Below, one piece after another: positions 1-9,394 of a stretch of 64,000 nucleotides of DNA. Both the position numbers and the translations under genes were made by a program. The stretch lies in the IMG/VR virus record IMGVR_UViG_3300042294_002722, one strand, 5' to 3'. Under the pieces are notes generated by a model that saw only the letters and a program-made list of their open reading frames with translations, was not told the DNA's origin and ran no database searches. Position 1 is the first letter of the stretch; every line of letters starts with the position of its first letter. Source of the stretch: an uncultured virus (IMG/VR IMGVR_UViG_3300042294_002722). Lineage: Duplodnaviria > Heunggongvirae > Uroviricota > Caudoviricetes.

Positions 1-169
1 TATCGCTAGCCGTCCGGCCAGCAGATTTTCTACGCCCCCGGTAGGCCGCACCGCTGCCACGCATACGCATGTTGGCAACGTTGCTGACCATCCACATCAT
101 GAGTTCTTGAGCGTTCGTTATACGCAATCCTGTGCGGTCGCTATGCTTTACTTGTGTCCGGTATTTGTG

Positions 170-194
170 TTGACAAATAGATTGATTGCCGATA
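170..194 (+). promoter_or_regulatory. Putative promoter, TTGACA ... GCCGATA motif
   Basis: TTGACA at 170-175 and GCCGATA at 188-194, just upstream of the ATG at 205; the same motif pair recurs at 22375, 24511 and 33238. Confidence 0.5.
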
Positions 195-204
195 CAGTTC
201 TTGT

Positions 205-900
205 ATGTGCAAGTGCCATTGTGGAAATGAAATTGTTCAACCGGCTCGCGGTCGTCGTCGCGTCCATTGCTCGCGTCAATGTGCGGTCGATGCAGCATCC
301 AATGCTCGCCCCCGTGTTGGATCGACAACGCACACTTGCGAGTCTTGCCGCCGATCCTTTGAGTCTGCACGGTCTCACGCTCGGTACTGCTCGGACGCAT
401 GCCGTAAGCGTGACTCACGCTCCACGTTCCCAGTCGAGCTAACAAGTGCCGCACGTTGGTGTCGATGGCAATACCTACTCCGTAACGGCAGGCAAACGAA
501 ACTGCCTTTGCAAACCAATGGCAAGCCTGCCAAGAGCACTGCATCCGAAACATGGTGCGACTACCAAACCGCCAAGCAATCGACCGTAGGCAATGGCTTA
601 GGCTTTGTCCTGTCCAATGCCGACGATGTCTACTGCATCGATCTTGATGATTGCCTGACCAATGGCAAGCCAAACGCTTTGGCCCAACGTATCCTTGACC
701 GTTGCGGTCACACCTACGTTGAAGTGTCACCGAGCGGTCGCGGCTTGCATGTGTTCCTGCGTGGTGATGCACAAACAACCATCGACCATGAAGCAGGCAT
801 CGAAGTCTACACAGGAAAGCGGTTCCTCTGCATGACAGGAAAGACGCTAACGCCATGCCAGACCATTGCCAAGATCGATCTGGTTGATGTGTTAGCATGA
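205..900 (+). CDS. Small archaeo-eukaryotic primase (prim-pol) domain protein with N-terminal Cys-rich zinc fingers
   Basis: AEP-type motifs IDLDDC, EVSPSGRGLH, IEVYTGKRF; two CxxC...CSxxC clusters at the N-terminus; no helicase domain. Confidence 0.75.
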   Translation: MCKCHCGNEIVQPARGRRRVHCSRQCAVDAASNARPRVGSTTHTCESCRRSFESARSHARYCSDACRKRDSRSTFPVELTSAARWCRWQYLLRNGRQTKLPLQTNGKPAKSTASETWCDYQTAKQSTVGNGLGFVLSNADDVYCIDLDDCLTNGKPNALAQRILDRCGHTYVEVSPSGRGLHVFLRGDAQTTIDHEAGIEVYTGKRFLCMTGKTLTPCQTIAKIDLVDVLA

Positions 901-1284
901 GATGCTCCCGTGCATCGCATGCGTATAGTTGGCCTCGCTCCATCGCTTGACTCGCATTCCTTCGATCACTTCGCCTTCGAGTGTCTCATGGCATGGACGG
1001 CACAATGCAAGCCAGTTGCTTGGCTCCATGCGTAGATGCGGCGCGTCCTTGATGCTGGCGATATGGTGCATGTCTACTGCAACCTTGGCGTCGATCGCAC
1101 CGTATAGCATCACGCAACGCTCACACAGAGGAAACGCTTGGCGGTACGCCTCGCTAGCTCTGCGGTGATCCGAGCCGTGACCCTCTGTGCTCGTACTACG
1201 TCGCTCCTGCGATCGCCTTGAACAGCATGGACCATCGACCACTTTCCCACACCTACACAGCTTAGGCATCTTTATTTGCCGCAC
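892..1284 (-). CDS. HNH endonuclease, HK97 gp74-like packaging-associated type (likely start 1269)
   Basis: PLCERC...DMHHI...SNWLALCRPCH motif pattern. Confidence 0.8.
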   Translation of the reverse strand: MRQIKMPKLCRCGKVVDGPCCSRRSQERRSTSTEGHGSDHRRASEAYRQAFPLCERCVMLYGAIDAKVAVDMHHIASIKDAPHLRMEPSNWLALCRPCHETLEGEVIEGMRVKRWSEANYTHAMHGSISC

Positions 1285-1981
1285 TGATGACTTGCAGCAC
1301 TCCTCCTTCGATAAGCCGGTTGATCCCGCCGGTTATGTCCCGCAGTGCCCAGCGGTATTGGCCGAGAGTTGCGGTAACGGCAGTGGTGATCGTCACGGTG
1401 AAACTGGTTGATGTGCGTGTGATGTTCGCGGTCTCGATCACTAGCACATCAAGCTGATCGGAGTTTTCGACAACGAACCGCAGCGTAAGCGATGTTGTGT
1501 CCTCATCAAGAGGCACAGTTGCCGTAGTCGACTCGTTGTAATGCATCGTGATCGTAGAACCAGCAACGCGGTCGACCGTCACGAACACGGTGTCGGTGGT
1601 GATCAAATCCGTCTTGGCCTTGATTGCGGCCACCTCTGTGTCCACAAAGTTATCAATCGTGTCTATCTTTGATTCGATCGTGGTAAGTTGCGTGGTTATC
1701 GTCGACAAATCCGCAGCACTTTCCGATCGCGGCTGAAACGTCGCCGTGCTCAACGTGAGGTCGTACACCTCGTTCGCAAATCCACCCGTCGCACCAACAA
1801 ACGCATTGAGCCGATACGCACCGGCAGGAATCGACGTGAACGCAACGCTGTAGCGGTTCTTGTCGTTGGCCTTTTCGGTTGCCGATGCGGTAGCAACGAC
1901 CGTATCGCTACCGAGAGCGAACAACTTGCAACTCAACGTTAAGCCAGTACCGGCACTAAACTCCAGCGTCTGCGTTGCCAT
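1262..1981 (-). CDS. Hypothetical beta-rich, Thr/Ala-rich virion-like protein
   Basis: 239-aa ORF in a minus-strand gene run; contains DTEVAAIKAKTD segment. Confidence 0.55.
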   Translation of the reverse strand: MATQTLEFSAGTGLTLSCKLFALGSDTVVATASATEKANDKNRYSVAFTSIPAGAYRLNAFVGATGGFANEVYDLTLSTATFQPRSESAADLSTITTQLTTIESKIDTIDNFVDTEVAAIKAKTDLITTDTVFVTVDRVAGSTITMHYNESTTATVPLDEDTTSLTLRFVVENSDQLDVLVIETANITRTSTSFTVTITTAVTATLGQYRWALRDITGGINRLIEGGVLQVISAANKDA

Positions 1982-2120
1982 CCGTTTCGTCCTTCAAAGC
2001 TTGGATCTTCGCTGCGAGGGGCAGTAGCACACTTGCGGCTTGGAGTCCACCGTTCTTAACGGCCAAGTCCAAGCATGCCATCAGTTGCTGTTGCTCTTCT
2101 TTGGTGATTTCCAGGTTCAT
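1956..2120 (-). CDS. Small hypothetical protein (54 aa, MNLEITKEEQQQLMACLDLAVKNGG...)
   Basis: Hand-translated ORF below the track cutoff that fills the gap between neighbouring genes. Confidence 0.6.
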   Translation of the reverse strand: MNLEITKEEQQQLMACLDLAVKNGGLQAASVLLPLAAKIQALKDETDGNADAGV

Positions 2121-2124
2121 AAAA

Positions 2125-2451
2125 TTACTCCGGTAAAACGTCAGGAATGTGCAACTGGGCTACGAGTGCCGCTTGTTGCTCTGGGGTAAGGGAATCAAAC
2201 ATTTGCAACGCCGACTTCTTCTTGAAATCGACAAGTTGCTTGTAGTAGCTATCGCAAGCCGACCGCATCACCGACTCAAGATAGCTCTGTGCCGTGAACA
2301 GTTCCTTGAGCGGCTTCTTGTCCGCTTCGGGTAGACTCGCATTGCTCGCGGTGATCTGTTCGTTCTCGGTTTGAATGGGCTTGTTTGCTTCGAGCGTCGC
2401 GAAGTCTACGCCCCATCGTTGTTCTTGTGTTAACTGTGTTAGGTCGATCAT
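2125..2451 (-). CDS. Hypothetical protein
   Basis: 108-aa ORF tightly packed in the operon. Confidence 0.6.
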   Translation of the reverse strand: MIDLTQLTQEQRWGVDFATLEANKPIQTENEQITASNASLPEADKKPLKELFTAQSYLESVMRSACDSYYKQLVDFKKKSALQMFDSLTPEQQAALVAQLHIPDVLPE

Positions 2452-2462
2452 GGTTTGGGTTC

Positions 2463-4088
2463 CTATGTTGCGATAAGGCCGAGGTCACGCATCCGACTAA
2501 GGAGTGCGTTTAACTGTGTAATCACCGATGCCGCATCGGTGGCGTCTGCGACTGCGGTTGGCTGTACAACTGGCGTCGCGTTAAAGAATCCGAGTTTCTG
2601 CGTTGTGCCAGTGCCGATCTTGGTTCCGGTGGTTGTATCGGTGACGATGTTTTTGGTTGAGATCGTCAGGTTGCCAGATAGCGTCAATGCTGCGGCTGTG
2701 ATGTCGGCATCGGCACTGTCGTTAGCTAAACGGAAATTGAGTGCTGCAGCGTTGCTTTTAATTGCAGCAAAAGAAGATGTAGTACCTCCCATTGCAAAAA
2801 AGTTGCAATCGGCGTTGATGTAACCAACTTCAGTGGTGCTCTTGCGGAACCGAATTTGCTTCCCAGTGTGATCAGCCCTACCCTGCAACGTAAGTAAAAT
2901 CCTGCTAGCAGTATCTGTATTTACAACTGCCGCTTGAGAGCCAAAACCATCGACTGCGCTCGAATTGCTTCCGATGGTTACATCTCTGGGGCAGACTATT
3001 TTTGCATTGCATGTGAATTGATCGACTGCGTTGGTAACGAATGTGATGTTGCCCGTTGGTGCAACAATCATCCTCGTCACTCCGTCCGTCTGCAACTCCA
3101 GTGCCCTAGCACTGCCAGTGCCCGCTTTCTCAGTGCCGATCCTTAATACGTTCGACGCCCATTCGAGCTTGCCACGCTCGTAGTTGCTGGAATCCGTAAA
3201 CGTGTTGTAGATGCGGAACGTCTGGGCGTTGGTGGAATTTCTCTGGGCGAAGACGCCAGCGGCGTCGCGCAAAAGCAATAAATCAATCGGCACATTCCAG
3301 GCTGTGGTGAATCCAATACCTTTTGTGAGATCAGGACTCATGAACACATAATTAGAACCACCAAAAGAACCCAAATCAACAAAGAAATTGCCCCCTCTTG
3401 ATTGTATAAAGCTCCCTATACCATTGACTGATTGTAATATTATGCCAAAGGCGCTGCTCGGGGATAATATCTCAAATTGCGCTCTATCTCCACTTGTTCC
3501 ATGTATCAACACAGACGCATCAGGCGATCCATCAAAATGCAGACTGCCAGCACCAGATCCTATTCTGACTGTTGGGAATTGGTTCGCAATTCCAGTTATA
3601 TGCAATGGTGATGCTGGGGCTATACCAATACCTACACCGTTCTTTCCTACCCTAAACCTACTACTACCTCCCACCTGCAAGTCCATCAGAAGCGAACTGG
3701 ACGACGAAGCAGTGTCGGTGACGTTGAGCTTGAACGCTGTCGGAATGCCGGTTGTGTTCCAGGTAGCCGATGCATCAATTAAAGATGTAGCTTGCGATCC
3801 AGTCAGCGATTGACCAGAAAGAGCGAGACCAAGAAACGTCGGTGTATTGCCAGACCCCAACCCAAGATTCGTGCGTGCCGTTGCTGCGTTGGTTACATCG
3901 CTTAGGTTGCTTGCCTTAACCAACAGACCGCTCAAGTCCTGGTCGCCGGTGTTCGTGCCGCTTGAAGTGCCACTAAACGTGCCGGATTGCGTTGCAAGCG
4001 ATCCCAACCCGATCAACGTCCTAAACGTCGATGCCGCCGACAGTGCATCGGTTTTGATTTGCGATAGGTCAAGACTGGTTGCGGACAT
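2463..4088 (-). CDS. Tail fibre/spike-like minor virion protein
   Basis: Gly/Ser/Thr-rich; fibre-like segments NLSDVTNAATARTNLGLG and TTTGTKIGTGTTQKLGFFNATPVVQP. Confidence 0.6.
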   Translation of the reverse strand: MSATSLDLSQIKTDALSAASTFRTLIGLGSLATQSGTFSGTSSGTNTGDQDLSGLLVKASNLSDVTNAATARTNLGLGSGNTPTFLGLALSGQSLTGSQATSLIDASATWNTTGIPTAFKLNVTDTASSSSSLLMDLQVGGSSRFRVGKNGVGIGIAPASPLHITGIANQFPTVRIGSGAGSLHFDGSPDASVLIHGTSGDRAQFEILSPSSAFGIILQSVNGIGSFIQSRGGNFFVDLGSFGGSNYVFMSPDLTKGIGFTTAWNVPIDLLLLRDAAGVFAQRNSTNAQTFRIYNTFTDSSNYERGKLEWASNVLRIGTEKAGTGSARALELQTDGVTRMIVAPTGNITFVTNAVDQFTCNAKIVCPRDVTIGSNSSAVDGFGSQAAVVNTDTASRILLTLQGRADHTGKQIRFRKSTTEVGYINADCNFFAMGGTTSSFAAIKSNAAALNFRLANDSADADITAAALTLSGNLTISTKNIVTDTTTGTKIGTGTTQKLGFFNATPVVQPTAVADATDAASVITQLNALLSRMRDLGLIAT

Positions 4089-4097
4089 TACGCGGGG

Positions 4098-4454
4098 TTA
4101 TCCTCGGTAAAGGACATGTGCAATGATGTCGTTAGTAGAAGGCGCACCTGTATCATTGTCAGCGACACCCGTGGTAGCACGGACTCCGATACCGTTGCTA
4201 AACGGTATTTCAATGTCACCTAAGTTTACTACACTTGTAGCCGGAATCAAAATAGTCATAACCGGGGTATCCGAACCAGTAGCAGCAGTAGCCTTGTTGT
4301 AGATTTTCAGATACCGCGCTGTCGCGTTGACATTAGACACAATGCACCCAGTCAAGAATGCCCCGGTCGCATTGGCTACCTGTCCCGTGGTCCCGAGGTC
4401 CAAGAAACGGGCGACGGTATCAGAGCTATACTGGTTAGGAAACTGGGCAGGCAT
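4098..4454 (-). CDS. Hypothetical small beta-rich virion protein
   Basis: 118 aa, RYLKIYNKATA...IPFSNGI pattern, in late-gene context. Confidence 0.55.
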   Translation of the reverse strand: MPAQFPNQYSSDTVARFLDLGTTGQVANATGAFLTGCIVSNVNATARYLKIYNKATAATGSDTPVMTILIPATSVVNLGDIEIPFSNGIGVRATTGVADNDTGAPSTNDIIAHVLYRG

Positions 4455-4464
4455 AGTTCAATCC

Positions 4465-4782
4465 TTATTTCTGGCGGTTAGATTCTGTTAATTCTCGCTG
4501 CAACTCGATGAATTGGCCCTTCAAATCAGAGTGTTCTGATTTTAGCAAAGTCAATTCAGCCGTAAGCTGGGTGACTTGGATATGAAGTTGTACCCGAATA
4601 TCCTCGCATCGAGTGCTGATATCTTTAAGCTGTTGAACCTGTGCCTGGAGTTCGCTGATCCGGGAGGCATTAGCACTCTCGGTCTTACTGTACAGGTATT
4701 TGATAACACCTGCGGCTGAGGCCGCCAAAGCAGCTATAGCACCTAGAACCCAGTTTAATAAACTGTTTGGAGTCTCGTCCAT
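4465..4782 (-). CDS. Membrane-anchored coiled-coil protein (possible holin/spanin-like)
   Basis: N-terminal hydrophobic helix followed by heptad-rich region. Confidence 0.5.
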   Translation of the reverse strand: MDETPNSLLNWVLGAIAALAASAAGVIKYLYSKTESANASRISELQAQVQQLKDISTRCEDIRVQLHIQVTQLTAELTLLKSEHSDLKGQFIELQRELTESNRQK

Positions 4783-4791
4783 TTCAGCACC

Positions 4792-6933
4792 TTAGATGTT
4801 TGCAGGTAAGGATTTTACGCCGTCAATGTCCCCGATGCTCGATGTGTCAACTCTGCCCCGCCTGTACCATTCTTCCAGTTCTTTTTCAGGGATGTTGTAG
4901 ATATATTTCTCTACATCGGCGCTTCCGTCCTGTAGCCAGGATGTGTTGCATAGCCTGTGGAATCGTTGACCATCTGAGGCTATCCTTACACCGGCCCATC
5001 CCATATTGTGCGCCCATTGGTTATTTGTATCTCTCGCGTGGATTGCGAATCCGTCAGGGTGCTGCCCTATGCGGCGAATGGCAATCATGGAGCATTGAAA
5101 CATGGGCTTTAGTTGCTCTACGTTTCTGTTATGCTGCTCTATGCTCGTTACCGGGGTGGACTCCAAAACCCGGCAAGCGGTATACGGACGAAGATCGTTA
5201 TTCCAGGCCCAGTCCCCGATCCTGCGATACAGTCTTTCAGACTGAGGTTCCGGGTAATCAGTATCTCGGGTGGCCCCGGCAGCATTCATCAGTTCCCTAA
5301 GTTTGGGCGTGGAGCAAAATACCACTCCATCTTTGACCAGGGATTCCGACATTGGTTTGCAGTACAGGCCGTCCCCGCCCTTCATGTTTGCCCGTTGTCT
5401 GGCGAATCCGTAATTGATGCAAAATGGCGCAATAGATTGGGGACCGAACTGGAGTTTACCGATGTATTCCTCGGGTTCGCCAAGTAATGCGATTTCGACG
5501 CACATACGCTCGAACCAGCGGCGAAAAGTATTCGACCATACGCAATTGTGTACGCCGAGTCCATCGGCCACATAACTATTATCGCCGGGAACCTCGAAGT
5601 TGTAAACCTTGCCGGAAAACGGCACTTTTTCAATGCCGCGAACCTGTCTCCAGACGACCGAGTCCTCAACAATTGCCTGCATAGGCTGTTGGTTGTCTCG
5701 GATAGTGACATCATAGCGACGTTGTCTGGATTTGACCCCATGCGAAATCTTGGGGTCAGTAGACTGTATGGAGGGCAACATGCCCAAGGCATGGGCAATG
5801 TTGAACATATCCAAAGCCAATGCCTTGGATATGCTAACACCCTGCCAAAATGCCCCCTGGTCGCTGCTTTGTTCACTACGATGTCCGTCTCCGTCTAGCC
5901 AACCTTGCAGCAGCCCACGAAGGAACGCTTCGTTGCCGGAGGCTAGGTCGGCATGGAGCCGCTTACCACCCGAACCGCAACCAAAAAGGCTTTCAAAGAG
6001 CTTGGACCATACACACGAATGCAATACAACCTTGCAAGTGTTTTGCTTAGGTTGTGTAACCGATACTTCGATGCCAAACTTAGATTGCATCAAAGATGCC
6101 AGTTTAGCTGCGTGTGTTTCAAGTTCCTTGGCGTGTAGCGTCCAAGTCAACTTTGTTCGGTCTGTGTTGCCTTCTGCTAGATAAAGTCCGCAAATCCAGC
6201 CAAAATCGCTATCCATTTCGATAACGTCTGGAACGGTACGATAGGTCTTTACATGCGAATCGCCGTGTGTTCTGTGTGTTCCCACAGCGGCTTTCCTAGC
6301 AGCGCGAATCTGTTGCCCGGACTGAACGATGTGGTCAGTGGTATGTAGGTAGTCTGCCGTCTTAGGGGCGTACTTTGGCAAAGCGACGTAGTCATCCAAA
6401 CGAAGTTCAGACGCCCTGACGTAGCCTCGCTTGGTCAAGAGCGGGTGTTCTTCGGTCATTCTGACCCGCATGTGCCCCCACAGCTTGATTTCGTAGATGT
6501 CTTCCGACACCTCGCGACCGCCTATTTGAGACACATAAGAAACATTGCCCTCAGCAGTCAAAACCTGCTCAAACAAACGAATCTGTTCAATAGGTTTTTG
6601 GCTTCCGTCTGCCATGCGAATAAGCGTACCCGCTGGGAAACAACTGCCAATTTTTTGCGATAGCCATGTAAACGACTGACCGAATACGAATTCGTCAATC
6701 AGGGTCAAATCCTGTGACCCTGGAAACCTTCCTCGATCTGCCTGGAACTTTTCCCACTTTGCCTTGATAACGGGCGGCATTTCTCTAGCAGGCCGCTGTT
6801 CATAGGCTAAAGGGTAGTCTTGGTACGCCTTGTCGAAGTAACGCTTTTCCGCATCAAGCATTTCTTGTTCGGTATGAGTGCCTGGAATCACCCATCCCAT
6901 CTGGCCGGGGCTATAACCTAAGTCTCCACTCAT
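4792..6933 (-). CDS. Papain-like (C1-type) cysteine peptidase interrupted by an intein
   Basis: Spliced sequence reads QKIGS|CVW (QxxxSC motif), with downstream WAHNM and NTSW; likely start ATG 6933 overlapping the upstream stop. Confidence 0.75.
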   Translation of the reverse strand: MSGDLGYSPGQMGWVIPGTHTEQEMLDAEKRYFDKAYQDYPLAYEQRPAREMPPVIKAKWEKFQADRGRFPGSQDLTLIDEFVFGQSFTWLSQKIGSCFPAGTLIRMADGSQKPIEQIRLFEQVLTAEGNVSYVSQIGGREVSEDIYEIKLWGHMRVRMTEEHPLLTKRGYVRASELRLDDYVALPKYAPKTADYLHTTDHIVQSGQQIRAARKAAVGTHRTHGDSHVKTYRTVPDVIEMDSDFGWICGLYLAEGNTDRTKLTWTLHAKELETHAAKLASLMQSKFGIEVSVTQPKQNTCKVVLHSCVWSKLFESLFGCGSGGKRLHADLASGNEAFLRGLLQGWLDGDGHRSEQSSDQGAFWQGVSISKALALDMFNIAHALGMLPSIQSTDPKISHGVKSRQRRYDVTIRDNQQPMQAIVEDSVVWRQVRGIEKVPFSGKVYNFEVPGDNSYVADGLGVHNCVWSNTFRRWFERMCVEIALLGEPEEYIGKLQFGPQSIAPFCINYGFARQRANMKGGDGLYCKPMSESLVKDGVVFCSTPKLRELMNAAGATRDTDYPEPQSERLYRRIGDWAWNNDLRPYTACRVLESTPVTSIEQHNRNVEQLKPMFQCSMIAIRRIGQHPDGFAIHARDTNNQWAHNMGWAGVRIASDGQRFHRLCNTSWLQDGSADVEKYIYNIPEKELEEWYRRGRVDTSSIGDIDGVKSLPANI
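5545..6642 (-). mobile_element. Intein (366 aa) with LAGLIDADG homing endonuclease
   Basis: Starts CFPAGTLIRMADG, block B MTEEHPLLT, LAGLIDADG motifs GLYLAEGN and GWLDGDG, ends VYNFEV...GVHN followed by Cys+1. Confidence 0.95.
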
Positions 6934-7706
6934 TGTTTTGCCTCCAGACCTACGGCTACTGCGTCGAAATAGTCCGCTACAGTCATTCGACTCATGGGCC
7001 ATCGGACTTTGACATCAGCACTCAGCAATTCAGAGAATGCCCGCCACTCGGCTACATTCGTACCCACGATTCTAGTGCGTTCTTGGAAAGATTTGTCAAA
7101 CACACCGTTGACCGTAACAGATTGGTTTTCTCGAAGTTCGATTGCCGCATTACGGTAGACTTTGGCGACTTCAAGTTTCCTAGGGGCTGATACAGTAGCA
7201 GCCGCGACTCGCTGACCGATATTATCGAACACATCGGGTGGCACAGGTTTATCAGGCCCGGGAGGAGTAGGGCCAGGGGGATTGGGATCAGGTTGCACAT
7301 CACCGAGTTCCACTTGGACTACCTTTTCATCGATTCCTTTTTCAGGGTCAAACGCAATGATCTCGATTGCGTATTTACCGGAACCGGTCAACAGATAAAC
7401 GCCTTCTGAAATCTGTTGAACATTAGAACTTTCAAACAAGCTCGTCCGCGCTTTTACGCGAACGAACTTAAAATCCGTGACAACAGTGATCTGAGCAGCA
7501 GGTAGCACCCTAGGAGGCTGATCGCCGTCGTAAAGAATCACATCCCCGACTACACGGGGATTAGATACCCCAGACAGGACGCGGGACTTGACAACAGTTA
7601 CGTCTAAATCTGCCAGAGCCACTGAACACAGTAGGCCCCAAATAATGAACACTGCTGCACGAATCATGGCTGCTATTACTTCCTGAGTGCTTGGACGAGC
7701 TTCCAC
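6930..7706 (-). CDS. Secreted/membrane hypothetical protein with Pro-rich linker
   Basis: Signal-peptide-like N-terminus, PDPNPPGPTPPGPDKP linker. Confidence 0.6.
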   Translation of the reverse strand: MEARPSTQEVIAAMIRAAVFIIWGLLCSVALADLDVTVVKSRVLSGVSNPRVVGDVILYDGDQPPRVLPAAQITVVTDFKFVRVKARTSLFESSNVQQISEGVYLLTGSGKYAIEIIAFDPEKGIDEKVVQVELGDVQPDPNPPGPTPPGPDKPVPPDVFDNIGQRVAAATVSAPRKLEVAKVYRNAAIELRENQSVTVNGVFDKSFQERTRIVGTNVAEWRAFSELLSADVKVRWPMSRMTVADYFDAVAVGLEAKQ

Positions 7707-8008
7707 ACAAGCTGGACAATCATCAGGATTGTCGCGGGGTCGATTTGAGGAGGCCCTTGGATCGATCCCTCTACTGGGATATGGGATTCCAACTCATCGC
7801 AGATGTCGGTTACAGAGCGATCTGCCTCTACCGAATCTCCGAATACCTTGGGCAGTTCCCATGCGCCGAGCAATTCGACAGCACATCCGGCTACCCACAG
7901 CCCCTTGCTAACCGTGGACACGGAGACTTTGCCCCCGCGAACGTCATCGATGACTGCTTTCAAACAAACCCAATCTAACTGACCGACGAACTGAGGTTCG
8001 CAACTCAT
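7676..8008 (-). CDS. Hypothetical protein with C-terminal amphipathic helix
   Basis: 110-aa ORF ending IDPATILMIVQLVWKLVQALRK. Confidence 0.55.
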   Translation of the reverse strand: MSCEPQFVGQLDWVCLKAVIDDVRGGKVSVSTVSKGLWVAGCAVELLGAWELPKVFGDSVEADRSVTDICDELESHIPVEGSIQGPPQIDPATILMIVQLVWKLVQALRK

Positions 8009-8010
8009 AG

Positions 8011-8217
8011 TTATGCACCTTTCTTTACAGGTTTCTTTGTGGACTCTACAACAGACTCGGGCACATCGGTAGCGGCTTCCGCTACCAATTCAAATTTGTT
8101 GTCCCCGAAAAGTTCGACAAGATTCTTGTCACTTTCAACAATGTCTCCAGGGACAGCTTTGGTAAGCGGGTCCGTGGAAATAACATGCTTCCCTGCCAAC
8201 AATCTAAACGTAGCCAT
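8011..8217 (-). CDS. Small hypothetical protein downstream of the capsid gene
   Basis: 68-aa ORF with upstream purine-rich RBS. Confidence 0.6.
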   Translation of the reverse strand: MATFRLLAGKHVISTDPLTKAVPGDIVESDKNLVELFGDNKFELVAEAATDVPESVVESTKKPVKKGA

Positions 8218-8243
8218 ATCAACCCCGTATTCCCCTTAGATTC

Positions 8244-8290
8244 AAAAGAAACCCCGGCCATGCGTAGGGGAGTAACGCAATGGCCGGGGT
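8244..8290 (-). terminator. Intrinsic terminator after the major capsid gene
   Basis: Stem ACCCCGGCCAT/ATGGCCGGGGT followed by TTCTTTT on the minus strand. Confidence 0.8.
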
Positions 8291-8321
8291 GCAGCGGGGG
8301 GCTTTGTGACTTTAGCTAGGA

Positions 8322-9374
8322 TCAGCTAAAGTGAACGATTCCGCAGTTGTTAGCAATGTCAAGCTTAACAAGAGGAACCATCATCGCCATGACTCGGAAC
8401 TTCTCCAGAAGCCCGCCTTGTTCTTGCCACTGTACAGTGGTGACATCCATACCAACGATGGTTTGAACGCTGGCTGGGTTTTCTTCGACCAAGAGAAGTT
8501 GGTTTCCGGTGAGGTAGTCGCAGATTTCGACCGAGGAAATCTGTGGGATACGGCTGATCGCGGTTTGCAACGGGGTGCTGTCATACAAGCTGAATTGCTG
8601 CATCATGTATGGCAGATAGCCGGTCGAGTACCACAACTTGAATGGGCCGTACTTCTTATCGCCGTAAGCGGTGTTAATCATGCTCAAGACATCGTTGTAT
8701 GCCTTGGTCGGGGTCCAGCTACCGTCGAGAGCGGTGATGGAACCGGTGTTACGGTTCGGATGGTTTGTCAACCCGTAGAGAGTTGCACCGCCGAAGACGT
8801 ATGTGCCGAAAGTGCCGAGGTGGAGCTTTTCGAGTTCTTCTGCGACCTTGATCGCTGCCAACTCCATCATGCTCGTATCGAGCGGGGTGTTACCATTTCG
8901 GCTTTCAAGGATTTGTCGCCAGTTCATGGTGATTTCCTTGCTGACGATAGGCATCGGCAAACTGACCAAATCGTATACAGGCCTATCGCTGTCACCGGGA
9001 GCCAAGGCATCCATGTTGACGCGAGCGGCACTGATGTCCGACTGACGTTCGTATTGGTACAGGGTTCGTCCTACGCCACCAGGAAGCTGACGGGCAAGAC
9101 CAGCACTGCGGAACCAGTTGACCAGCTTGAGACGAGTGCGGAAAGCCTTAACGACTTGGTCGTCAATGTACTTCCACTCGTCATCACGCAAGGTTGCGCC
9201 TGCGTTGGTAACGATGGCTTCCGGAGTCCCATCGGGACGCATGTGGTTGATGTAGGAACGCCCATCTTTGCCGATAAACGGTCGAAGGACATTCACATCT
9301 CCACCGGAGTTCAATAGAAGCTGCGTTGCAGTGTTTCCATTAGCAACGCCATTCAGGATGAAGTCGGTACTCAT
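8322..9374 (-). CDS. Major capsid protein (HK97 fold, encapsulin/Linocin_M18-like)
   Basis: TLRDDEWKYIDDQVV...RLKLV and YGLTNHPNRNT segments; position after protease and decoration genes; terminator downstream. Confidence 0.85.
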   Translation of the reverse strand: MSTDFILNGVANGNTATQLLLNSGGDVNVLRPFIGKDGRSYINHMRPDGTPEAIVTNAGATLRDDEWKYIDDQVVKAFRTRLKLVNWFRSAGLARQLPGGVGRTLYQYERQSDISAARVNMDALAPGDSDRPVYDLVSLPMPIVSKEITMNWRQILESRNGNTPLDTSMMELAAIKVAEELEKLHLGTFGTYVFGGATLYGLTNHPNRNTGSITALDGSWTPTKAYNDVLSMINTAYGDKKYGPFKLWYSTGYLPYMMQQFSLYDSTPLQTAISRIPQISSVEICDYLTGNQLLLVEENPASVQTIVGMDVTTVQWQEQGGLLEKFRVMAMMVPLVKLDIANNCGIVHFS

Positions 9375-9394
9375 CTTTGTTTTTGTCCTTCGGA

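Noticed and set aside
8331..9317. 328-aa plus-strand ORF and similar long antisense ORFs (e.g. 11377-12168, 44572-45165)
   Set aside because: Shadow frames opposite well-supported genes, with no recognisable motifs
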